A DNA stretch of 64,000 nucleotides from Holophagales bacterium UBA5704 (GTDB taxonomy: Bacteria; Acidobacteriota; Thermoanaerobaculia; Multivoradales; UBA5704): assembly GCA_002420005.1 (NCBI GenBank), contig DIHE01000147.1, forward strand, positions 36,006-100,005, written 5' to 3'. The notes beneath the pieces were generated by a model. That model did no database searches and was not told the origin of the DNA. It saw only the letters and a list, made by a program, of their open reading frames with translations. This document shows positions 44,223-52,610 of the stretch, one piece after another (the first letter of the stretch is position 1; every line of letters begins with the position of its first letter). The position numbers were made by a program, and so were the translations under genes.

Positions 44223-44875
44223 GCCTCCTCCTCCAGGCCGAGCCAGCGGGCCAGCTCGGCGCGCACCCGGGCCTGGGTCTCCTCGAAGGCTCCGGAGGAA
44301 TCCACCTGGCGGAAGCGCCCGGCCTCCGCGCGGGCCACCTCCTGGAAGCCGTGGCGCACCCGCTCGTAGAAGGCGAGGCCCTCGGCGTCCAGGCGATCCG
44401 CCGCGCCGCGCTCGCGGCGCGAGGGCGAGTGGCCGCGCGTGCGGGCCTCGCCGGCGGGAAGGTCGAACAGCAGGGTGTGGTCGGGCGTGCGCCCGCCGGT
44501 CGCCACCCGGTTCACCTGCTCGATCAGCGGCAGGGGCACGCCCCGGCCGTAGCCCTGGTAGGCGCGGGTCGAATCGGTGAACCGGTCGCACAGCACGTGG
44601 CGGCCGGCGGCGAGCGCCGGCTCGATGACCTCCAGCAGATGCTGGCGGCGGCTGGCGAAAACCAGGAGAAGCTCCACCGTCCCATCCATCGCGCCGCGGC
44701 TCGGGTCGAGAAAGATGGCGCGCAGCGCATCGCCGAGCGGCGTCCCGCCCGGCTCATGGGTCACGAGGTGGGGGACCCGGTGCTCCTCCAGCCAGGCGGA
44801 GGCACGCCGCAGGTGGGTCGACTTGCCGCTGCCGTCGAGTCCCTCGAAGGTGATGAAGAGGGGGGGTGGAGCCAT
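44219..44875 (-). CDS. tmk: Thymidylate kinase
   Basis: P-loop FEGLDGSGKST, DRF motif LCDRFTDSTRAYQG. Confidence 0.9.
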   Translation of the reverse strand: MAPPPLFITFEGLDGSGKSTHLRRASAWLEEHRVPHLVTHEPGGTPLGDALRAIFLDPSRGAMDGTVELLLVFASRRQHLLEVIEPALAAGRHVLCDRFTDSTRAYQGYGRGVPLPLIEQVNRVATGGRTPDHTLLFDLPAGEARTRGHSPSRRERGAADRLDAEGLAFYERVRHGFQEVARAEAGRFRQVDSSGAFEETQARVRAELARWLGLEEEA

Positions 44876-45012
44876 GGCGGTGAAAGTTAGCACGAGCCGG
44901 GTGTGAACCCATCCCTTGCGGCGAGGCGGGCGGATGTGCAAGTGTCAGGGAAATGTCGGCGAACACCCGCGCCGGCAGTCTTATCCCAACTTCGAAGAGG
45001 AGAGCACATCAC

Positions 45013-45300
45013 ATGGCCGACAAGAAGACCGCGAAGACCAGCACGAAGCCGTCCGAAGGAGGATTCTCGGCCCCCATGAAGCCGGACGCCATCCTCGCCG
45101 CGGTGATCGGCTCCGACCCGATGCCGCGCACCGAGGTGACCAAGCGCATCTGGGATTACGTCAAGAAGAACAACCTCCAGGACCCGGCGGACAAGCGGAC
45201 CATCCGTGCCGACGCCAAGCTGAAGCCGGTGTTCGGCGGCAAGGATGCGGTCAGCATGTTCGAGATGACCAAGCTGGTCAACGGCCACCTCAAGAAGTAG
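45013..45300 (+). CDS. SWIB/MDM2-domain protein
   Basis: PMKPDAILAAVIGSDPMPRTEVTKRIWDYVKKNNLQDP...KLKPVFGG classic SWIB; GAGGAG RBS. Confidence 0.8.
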   Translation: MADKKTAKTSTKPSEGGFSAPMKPDAILAAVIGSDPMPRTEVTKRIWDYVKKNNLQDPADKRTIRADAKLKPVFGGKDAVSMFEMTKLVNGHLKK

Positions 45301-45448
45301 CGGGCGGCCCGCCGAGCCCCCGCCCGTCCGGCCGGGCGGGGTGCCTCTCACAGCAGCCGGTCCTTCCCACCCCCCGGCGCCCCGCGCATTCGGTTAGACT
45401 TCGCCAGCCCGGATCCATCATGACGTCCGGGATAAAGGACGAACCCGC

Positions 45449-46486
45449 ATGGAAACGCTCGGCACACCCCTGCAATGGGGTGCCTTTCTGGCCCTCGTCT
45501 TCGGCCTGCTGGCCCTGGACCTGGGAGTGTTCAACCGCAAGGCGCACCGGGTGGAGCTGCGCGAAGCCGTCTTCTGGAGCATCTTCTGGACGATTCTGGC
45601 GTTGATCTTCAACGCCTGGGTCTATTGGCGCGGCGGCTCCCAGCCGGGCCTCGAGTTCCTCACCGGCTATGTCATCGAACGCTCCCTGAGCTTCGACAAC
45701 ATCTTTGTCTTCATCGTGATCTTCAATTACTTCGCCGTCCCGGCGGAGTACCAGCACCGGGTCCTGTTCTGGGGCATCCTCGGTGCGCTCATCTCGCGCG
45801 GCCTCTTCATCTGGATGGGGACGGCCCTGCTGACGCGCTTCGAGTGGCTGATCCTGGTCTTCGGCGCCTTCCTCGTGTACACCGGCGTGAAGATTCTGCT
45901 CCAGAAGGAAACCGAGGTGCATCCGGAGAAGAATCCGGTGCTGCGCCTCTTCCAGCGGCTCGTCCCGCTGACCACCCGCTACCACGGCACGCGCTTCTTC
46001 GTGCGCGAGGACGCCCGCTGGGTGGCGACCCCGCTGATGCTGGTGCTGGTGGTGGTGGAGGCGACCGACGTGGTGTTCGCGGTGGATTCGATCCCCGCCG
46101 TCTTCGGCGTCACCCGCGACCCGTTCATCGTGTTCACCTCGAACATCTTCGCGATCCTCGGCCTGCGCGCCCTGTACTTCCTGCTCGCCGGCCTGATGCA
46201 CAAGTTCCATTACCTGGGGTTCGGCCTCGGCCTGGTGCTGGTCTTCGTCGGTTCCAAGATGCTGCTCCACGAGTGGGTGCCCATCCCCACCAACTGGTCG
46301 CTCGGCATCGTCATGGCGATTCTCACCGTGGCCATCGCCGCCTCGCTGCTGCGCCCGATTCCTCCCGAAGAGCTGGCAGGCACCGGCGTGGCCCCGGGGG
46401 ATTTCGTCCATTCCCCGGCGGCGCACGACCTGCACCTCGACACCACCACAACCAACGAACCGGCCTCCGGCGAGCCGGGGGCCTGA
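45449..46486 (+). CDS. TerC-family integral membrane protein
   Basis: SLSFDNIFVFIVIF and duplicated TerC motifs with DSIPAV. Confidence 0.85.
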   Translation: METLGTPLQWGAFLALVFGLLALDLGVFNRKAHRVELREAVFWSIFWTILALIFNAWVYWRGGSQPGLEFLTGYVIERSLSFDNIFVFIVIFNYFAVPAEYQHRVLFWGILGALISRGLFIWMGTALLTRFEWLILVFGAFLVYTGVKILLQKETEVHPEKNPVLRLFQRLVPLTTRYHGTRFFVREDARWVATPLMLVLVVVEATDVVFAVDSIPAVFGVTRDPFIVFTSNIFAILGLRALYFLLAGLMHKFHYLGFGLGLVLVFVGSKMLLHEWVPIPTNWSLGIVMAILTVAIAASLLRPIPPEELAGTGVAPGDFVHSPAAHDLHLDTTTTNEPASGEPGA

Positions 46487-46510
46487 ACCGCCGAACGGCG
46501 GAGGCGACCG

Positions 46511-47638
46511 ATGCCGAACGTCTTCATTCCCCGCGAACAACGGCCCGGCGAAACGCGCGTGGCCGCCACCCCCGAGACCGTCAAGCGCATGACGAAGGCC
46601 GGTCTCACCGTCACCCTCGAGCGCGGCGCCGGCGCCGCCGCGTTCTTTCCCGACAGCGAGTACGAGGCGGCGGGAGCCCGCCTGGAGGACGACGCCGCCC
46701 GCGGCTGGAGCGGTGCGGACGCCGTCCTCGCCGTCACCCCGCCCTCCCCGGAGGCCGTGGCCGGGCTGCGCAAGGACGCCCTGCTGGTGAGCTTCCTGGC
46801 GCCCCACCGCGAGACCGGGCTGGTGCGCGCCCTGGCCGCCGGAGGCGCGTCCTCGCTCGCCATGGAGCTCATCCCGCGCATCACCCGCGCGCAGTCGATG
46901 GATGCGCTGTCGTCGCAGGCCAACATCGCCGGCTACAAGGCGGTGCTCCTGGCGGCGGTCCACCTGCCCAAGTACTGCCCACTGCTGATGACCGCCGCGG
47001 GCACCGTCAAGCCGGCGCGCTTCGTGATCATGGGCGCCGGGGTGGCCGGGCTGCAGGCGATCGCCACGGCGCGGCGCCTCGGCGCCATCGTCGAGGTCTC
47101 GGACATCCGGCCGGCGGTCAAGGAGCAGGTGCAGTCGCTCGGCGCCCGCTTCATCGACCTGCCCACCGCGGAGAGCGGCGAGGGGACCGGCGGCTATGCC
47201 CGCGAGATGGGCGAGGACTTCCTGCGCCGGCAGCGGGAGATCGTGCTGCAGCACGTCTCCCAGGCGGACGCGGTGATCACCACCGCCCTCATCCCCGGCA
47301 AGCCGGCCCCACGGCTGGTGACGCGGGAGATGGTGGAGGCGATGCGCCCCGGCTCGGTGATCGTCGATCTCGCGGTCGAGCAGGGGGGCAACTGCGAGCT
47401 GTCCAAGGCGGGGGAGGACGTGGTGCACGGCGGCGTCACCCTCCTGGGACCGGCGAACCTGGCGGCCACCCTGCCGCACGATGCGAGCGCGCTCTATGCG
47501 CGCAACGTCTGGGCCCTTCTTCAGCTGCTCTGGAAGGACGGCCAGCTGGTGGTGGACACGGCCGACGAGGTGATCGCCGGATGCCTCCTCACCCATGAGG
47601 GACGTGTGGTGCACGGACCGACCGCCGAGCGGTTGTGA
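46511..47638 (+). CDS. pntAA: NAD(P) transhydrogenase alpha subunit part 1 (dI domain), PntAA
   Basis: AMELIPRITRAQSMDALSSQANIAGYKAV and GAGVAGLQAIATARRLGA Rossmann match PntAA rather than alanine dehydrogenase; no pntAB/pntB seen downstream. Confidence 0.75.
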   Translation: MPNVFIPREQRPGETRVAATPETVKRMTKAGLTVTLERGAGAAAFFPDSEYEAAGARLEDDAARGWSGADAVLAVTPPSPEAVAGLRKDALLVSFLAPHRETGLVRALAAGGASSLAMELIPRITRAQSMDALSSQANIAGYKAVLLAAVHLPKYCPLLMTAAGTVKPARFVIMGAGVAGLQAIATARRLGAIVEVSDIRPAVKEQVQSLGARFIDLPTAESGEGTGGYAREMGEDFLRRQREIVLQHVSQADAVITTALIPGKPAPRLVTREMVEAMRPGSVIVDLAVEQGGNCELSKAGEDVVHGGVTLLGPANLAATLPHDASALYARNVWALLQLLWKDGQLVVDTADEVIAGCLLTHEGRVVHGPTAERL

Positions 47639-47652
47639 GCCGTCGGTCTTAG

Positions 47653-48396
47653 ATGGAGGTCCCTCTTTTCCGTCCGCGCGGCACCTTGGAGAAAGGAACG
47701 ACGCGGATGAATGGAGGACGGAAAATAACCGAGCCCGGAGACTCGGCGCTCACCGCCTGCCTGACCGCCCCACCGGGTGACGGGCACGGCGGAGAAGCCT
47801 TCCCCTGGGAAGGACAGCTCCTCGCCAGCCTGCAGCAGGCGCGGGAGAGCCTCGCCCGCGAGCGCGAGGAGGCGCCCGGTCTCTGTGCGGAGCTGTTCGC
47901 CCTGGCTCCGGAAGCCCGCGCCGCCCGCATCCGGGGCGACGCCCGTTTCCGGACCTGGGGCGTCTGCGAAGAGCTGCTGCACCGCGGCGGCCGGGAGGTG
48001 GAGGCCGCCCGGGCCGGCCACCTCGCGGCGCTCGCCCTCGCCGCCGCCGACGGGCTCGCGGAGGTCCACCAGCCCCCTCTGGTCCAGGATCTTTCGGCGC
48101 GCGCCTGGGCCGCCCTGGGCACCGCCCGGCTCCGCACCGGGAATCTGGCCGGAGCCGAGGAAGCGCTCCGCGCCGCCGCCTTCCGCCTGGAAACGGGGAC
48201 CGGCGACCTGCTCGTCGATGCGACCCTGCTAGAATTCGAGGCGGAGGTCTGCGAGGCCCGCGGCGATCTGCGCGAAGCCGCCAGCCTGCTGTCCCAGGCC
48301 GAGGTCCGCTACCGGGAGGTCGGTGAAAGCGTCTACTGTGCCCGCGCCGGGCAGAGGCGCGAGCGCATCCGCAGCGCCCTCAACCGGTCGCGGTGA
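47653..48396 (+). CDS. Hypothetical protein (helical/TPR-like); start possibly ATG 47707
   Basis: Consistent GC3 bias, no recognisable domain. Confidence 0.35.
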   Translation: MEVPLFRPRGTLEKGTTRMNGGRKITEPGDSALTACLTAPPGDGHGGEAFPWEGQLLASLQQARESLAREREEAPGLCAELFALAPEARAARIRGDARFRTWGVCEELLHRGGREVEAARAGHLAALALAAADGLAEVHQPPLVQDLSARAWAALGTARLRTGNLAGAEEALRAAAFRLETGTGDLLVDATLLEFEAEVCEARGDLREAASLLSQAEVRYREVGESVYCARAGQRRERIRSALNRSR

Positions 48397-48441
48397 TCCG
48401 GCCGATCCCGTCTTTTTTCTTGTTCCTGGAGGTTTTGCAGC

Positions 48442-48732
48442 ATGTCCAAAGAGGCGATGGTCCTTTCCCGCAGCTCGTCCGATGCCCCCCCGGCGGTCCA
48501 GGAGTGGCTCCACCTGGCCCTTTCCGCCCCCGTCCGGCGCCGCGCCCTCAGGTACGTCCTCATCGTGGGGGCCATCCTGATCACGATCAATCACGGCGAC
48601 GCCCTGCTGCATGGCGACGTCTCCACCGGGCGGTTGATCCGGATCGGGTTGACCCTGCTGGTCCCCTATCTCGTGTCCACGTTCTCCAGCGTCGCCGCGA
48701 TGCTGGAGGCGCAGCGTCCCAAGGGAGAGTAG
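48442..48732 (+). CDS. Small two-TM membrane protein of unknown function
   Basis: GGAGG RBS; hydrophobic segments YVLIVGAILITI and LIRIGLTLLVPYLV. Confidence 0.5.
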   Translation: MSKEAMVLSRSSSDAPPAVQEWLHLALSAPVRRRALRYVLIVGAILITINHGDALLHGDVSTGRLIRIGLTLLVPYLVSTFSSVAAMLEAQRPKGE

Positions 48733-48735
48733 CGG

Positions 48736-50469
48736 ATGCGAACCCCGCCGCGGTTTCTGCCACGCCTTCTGCAAGGTCTTCTGATGATCACCTCCCTGCT
48801 TTCGTCGTTCCCCGTCGGAGCCGCCTCGACGCCGGCGCCGATCGGCACCGGGGGCGCCGTCGCCTCCGGGGACGCCGCCGCCACCGAGGCGGGGCTCGCG
48901 ATCCTGCGCGCGGGAGGCAATGCGGTGGACGCCGCGGTGGCCACCGCCCTCGCCCTCGCGGTGACCTATCCGGAGGCGGGCAACCTGGGCGGCGGCGGTT
49001 TCGCCGTGGTCAAGCTCGGCGACCGCGTGCTCACCCTCGACTTCCGGGAGGTCGCCCCGGCCGCGGCGTACCACGACATGTTCCTCGACGCCCAGGGGAA
49101 CCCGGTGCCGGGCGCCTCGGTGGCGGGACCGCTCGCCGCGGGGGTCCCCGGCTCGCCGGCCGGCCTCTGGGAGCTGCACCGCACGCTCGGCCGCCTGCCC
49201 TGGGAGCGGGTGGTCGCCCCGGCCCGCCAGCTGGCCGCCGACGGGTTCCGGGTGGATCGCCATCTTCACGAGCTGCTCGACGCGGAGGAGACCCGCAAGC
49301 TCCTCCTGCGTTTCCCGGAGACCGCGGAGACCTGGTACCCGGGGGGCGCGCCGCCCGCCATCGGCACCGTGCTGCGCCTGCCCACCCTGGCGGCGACCCT
49401 CGCCCGCTACGCCGAGCAGGGGCCCGCCGGCATCGCCTCCGGCCCGGCCGCCGCCGCCATCGAGGCCGCCTCCGTGCGCCATGGCGGCGTGCTCAAGGCG
49501 TCCGACCTCGCCGCCTACCGGCCGGAGTGGCGCGAGCCGCTGCGCCTGGAGGCCTTCGGCTGGCAGATCGCCTCCATGCCCCTCCCCTCGTCGGGCGGCA
49601 TCCTGCTCGGCCTGACGCTCGGGCAGCTCGAACGCCGTGGATGGAAGGACCTGCCGCGCTTCGGCGCCGAGCGCAGCCATCTGCTCACCGAGGCCTTCCG
49701 CAACGCCTACGCCGACCGCTTCCAGCTCGGCGATCCGGCCACCACCCAGGCCACCGCGGCCCAGCTTCTCGCGCCGGACTGGATCGCCCGCCGGGCCGGC
49801 GAGATCGACGCCGCCAAGGCCACCCCGTCGCCGAAGGTCCGGCCCTGGCCGGGCGACAAGGAGCTGCAGCTCCCCGGCTCCGGCGAGACGACGCACCTCT
49901 CCACGATCGACGCGGACGGCAACCTGGTCGCCTTGACCACCACGCTCAACGGACTGTTCGGCTGCGGCCTGTATGTGCCCGAGGCCGGGTTCTTCCTGAA
50001 CAACGAGATGGATGACTTCGCCGCCGCTCCGGGCCGGCCGAACATGTTCGGCCTGGTGCAGGGAGAGGCGAACGCCGTCGCCCCCGGCAAGCGGATGCTC
50101 TCGTCGATGACGCCCACCCTCGCCTGGAAGGGGGAGGAGGCGATCGCCCTGGGCGGGCGCGGCGGCTCGCGCATCCCCACGAACACCATCGCCGTCCTGC
50201 TGAACCTGATCGTCGACGGCGATCCGCTGCAGACCGCGCTCGACCGCCCGCGCCTCCACCACCAGTGGATGCCGGATCAGCTGGAGGTCGAGCCCGACAC
50301 GCTCTCCCCCGAGACCCGCACCGCCCTGGAGCAGCGCGGCCATCTGATCAAGGTGAACACCCTGACCGCCAAGGTGCACGCCGTGCGCCGCCGCGCCGAC
50401 GGCCGCGTCGAGGCCGGCTCCGACCCCCGCGGCACGGGACGGGGCGGGATTGTGAATCCGGAAGGGTAG
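48736..50469 (+). CDS. ggt: Gamma-glutamyltranspeptidase
   Basis: Signal peptide; autoprocessing Thr nucleophile region GETTHLSTIDADGNLVALTTTLNGLFG; small-subunit GG motif. Confidence 0.9.
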   Translation: MRTPPRFLPRLLQGLLMITSLLSSFPVGAASTPAPIGTGGAVASGDAAATEAGLAILRAGGNAVDAAVATALALAVTYPEAGNLGGGGFAVVKLGDRVLTLDFREVAPAAAYHDMFLDAQGNPVPGASVAGPLAAGVPGSPAGLWELHRTLGRLPWERVVAPARQLAADGFRVDRHLHELLDAEETRKLLLRFPETAETWYPGGAPPAIGTVLRLPTLAATLARYAEQGPAGIASGPAAAAIEAASVRHGGVLKASDLAAYRPEWREPLRLEAFGWQIASMPLPSSGGILLGLTLGQLERRGWKDLPRFGAERSHLLTEAFRNAYADRFQLGDPATTQATAAQLLAPDWIARRAGEIDAAKATPSPKVRPWPGDKELQLPGSGETTHLSTIDADGNLVALTTTLNGLFGCGLYVPEAGFFLNNEMDDFAAAPGRPNMFGLVQGEANAVAPGKRMLSSMTPTLAWKGEEAIALGGRGGSRIPTNTIAVLLNLIVDGDPLQTALDRPRLHHQWMPDQLEVEPDTLSPETRTALEQRGHLIKVNTLTAKVHAVRRRADGRVEAGSDPRGTGRGGIVNPEG

Positions 50470-50646
50470 AGGGGGCCAGGCAGGCATCGGACGGATCCGA
50501 CCGATCGGACGGATCTGGCGGATCACCTGTCTGCTTTGGCATACACCCGGTGTCCGGTGCCGACGACAGCTCCTCCTCCTCCCTTCTCCCGCTTGCGGGG
50601 GAAGGGAGGAGGAAGGCCGGGCACGCACCTTGCCTTCACGGGCTTC

Positions 50647-52134
50647 ATGCGCCTGCGCTTCGCCGCCCTCGCCCTTCTCGTTCCCGCCGCCCTCACCCTC
50701 GCCCAGGAGACTCCTCCCCGGGAGACCTTCACGGAGGAGATGGAGGTGCGCGAGGTCGGCCTTCTCGTCGAGCCTCCGGGCTCCCTCTTGAAGCAGGTCG
50801 GCCTCGATTCGCAGGATCTCCTGGTGAGCGTGGACGGCCTGTTGCGGCCGGTCACCCGCCTCTCCGGCGAAGCCGCCGAGGATTGGACGGTGGCGGTGTA
50901 CGTCGATCGGGTCCTCGCCCCTCCGGAGACGGTGTTCCTCGCCTCCCTGGCTCTCGCGAAGCGCGCGGAGTCCCTCGCCGGGCTGGGCTCCGTCGAGGTG
51001 ACGGTGGCCGATCCCGCGCCGTGGGCCGAGCTGGCGGCGAGCCGCGAGCCGATCCGCATCCGCCAGGTGTTGTCGGAGATCGCCGCCCGCGCACGCCCGG
51101 AGCGCGGCGGCGCTCCCCCCACCGCCTCGTTTCCCGAGGCCGCCCTGCTGCGCCGGCAGTGCGACCGCCTCCTCGCCTGGGCCACGGCGCCCCGCCCGCC
51201 CGGCCCACGGGTGCTCTTCCTGGTGATCGACGGCTTCCCGCTGACCCCCGACGAGCAGAAGGACCTGGCGACCGAAGGGGGCGAGGGCGTGCAGGAACGC
51301 ACCGCCGTGCTCCGCGAGACCGCCCGGCTGCTCGCCGCCTACGGCTGGATCACCATCCCGCTCCCGCTGCGCGAAACTCGGGAGGCTCTCGGCAGCGATC
51401 CTGCGCGGCCCGACAGTGATCTCGACCGCTTCCGGGTCGATCACCAGGCAGGCGGCAAGTACAACATCAACGTTCCTCACCTCCTCCCGTTTCTCAAGCG
51501 GAGCTCTCCCTTCCGGGGGGAGGCCGCGGTGACCCTCCAGGTCGCGCCGGACCTCGCTCCCCTGCGCGCCCTGCTCGATCCCTCCGGCGGCAAGCTGGTG
51601 GGGATCGAGGCGCTGCTCGACCCGGTGATCGAAAGCCTCGATGGCCGCTGGCAGGTCTGGTTTCAAGCCTCCGAGCCTCACGAAGGGCGGTTGCGTCCGG
51701 TCGAGGTCCGGCTGCGCGACGGCACGGCGCTGCGCACGCGGGCCTGGCTGCGCTCCTCGACGCCCGTGGATGCCGCGGCGGCCCGCGTCCGCGCCCTCCT
51801 CCTCGGCGCCACCGGACGCCCCGAGGGGACCCTGCCGGTGCGCATCGAGGCCGTCCGCACCGAGGGCGACGCGATCGCCCTCCGCCTCACCGTGGCGCCG
51901 TTCACCGATCCGGTGCCGGTCCAGCCCGCTCCTCTGCGCCTCTCCTGGGCCTTCGCGGGCGACGGGACCCCCGTGGTCCGCCATCAGCTCCTGCCCGGCA
52001 ACCCGCAGCCGGACCTGGGCTGGAGCACCACCCTGCCCCTCCCCGCGGTCCCGGCCGGCCACCGGATGGCGGTCGCCGTCGACGATCTGGCGCGCGAAAG
52101 GTGGAGCGGAATCGTCCTGAATCTGCCAAAATAG
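50647..52134 (+). CDS. Secreted hypothetical protein
   Basis: Signal peptide MRLRFAALALLVPAALTLAQE; no confidently recognised domain (possible VWA-like fold). Confidence 0.5.
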   Translation: MRLRFAALALLVPAALTLAQETPPRETFTEEMEVREVGLLVEPPGSLLKQVGLDSQDLLVSVDGLLRPVTRLSGEAAEDWTVAVYVDRVLAPPETVFLASLALAKRAESLAGLGSVEVTVADPAPWAELAASREPIRIRQVLSEIAARARPERGGAPPTASFPEAALLRRQCDRLLAWATAPRPPGPRVLFLVIDGFPLTPDEQKDLATEGGEGVQERTAVLRETARLLAAYGWITIPLPLRETREALGSDPARPDSDLDRFRVDHQAGGKYNINVPHLLPFLKRSSPFRGEAAVTLQVAPDLAPLRALLDPSGGKLVGIEALLDPVIESLDGRWQVWFQASEPHEGRLRPVEVRLRDGTALRTRAWLRSSTPVDAAAARVRALLLGATGRPEGTLPVRIEAVRTEGDAIALRLTVAPFTDPVPVQPAPLRLSWAFAGDGTPVVRHQLLPGNPQPDLGWSTTLPLPAVPAGHRMAVAVDDLARERWSGIVLNLPK

Positions 52135-52160
52135 AGCGCTTCCAGGAAGGACACGCTCGC

Positions 52161-52523
52161 ATGCCCATGACGTTTCACGATCGCACCGGGAAACCGGCCG
52201 CCTATACCGAGGACGATGTTCACATCTTCTTCTATTCCGGGGCTCCCGCAGGGTATTCCTTCGACGGCGCCGTCTACACCTACCCGGGGCGCCACCTGGG
52301 GACGATCCGCACCGGCTGGGTACGCGACCACGACGGCCGCTGCGTCTTCTTCACCGACGAGGCGCTGAACAGCAGCCTGCCGCAGCCCGAGAAGCTCGCC
52401 AAGCCCCCCAAGCTGATCAAGAAGCCGAAGCCGGCCAAAGGCCGCCGCGAGACGCCGCCCCCCCGGCCCGCGGACCTGGATGAGTGGTCGGAGCTGTCGG
52501 GGGAGGGGTTCTTCAAGCCTTGA
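52161..52523 (+). CDS. 4-fold beta-flower domain protein with Lys/Pro-rich C-terminal tail
   Basis: HIFFYSGAPAGY...GRHLGTIRTGWVRDHDGRCVFFTDEA matches 4-fold beta flower family pattern. Confidence 0.5.
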   Translation: MPMTFHDRTGKPAAYTEDDVHIFFYSGAPAGYSFDGAVYTYPGRHLGTIRTGWVRDHDGRCVFFTDEALNSSLPQPEKLAKPPKLIKKPKPAKGRRETPPPRPADLDEWSELSGEGFFKP

Positions 52524-52610
52524 GGACAAGGACTTCAAGGACAACAGGGACAACCAGGACGCGCGTCCTTTTGTCCTTGCAGACCTTGGCGTCCTTGGTG
52601 TCCTCTTCTT

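Noticed and set aside
48229-52062. 1277-aa minus-strand ORF opposite ggt and neighbours
   Set aside because: Antisense artefact. It is Gly/Arg rich, and the sense-strand ggt has catalytic Thr and a signal peptide.
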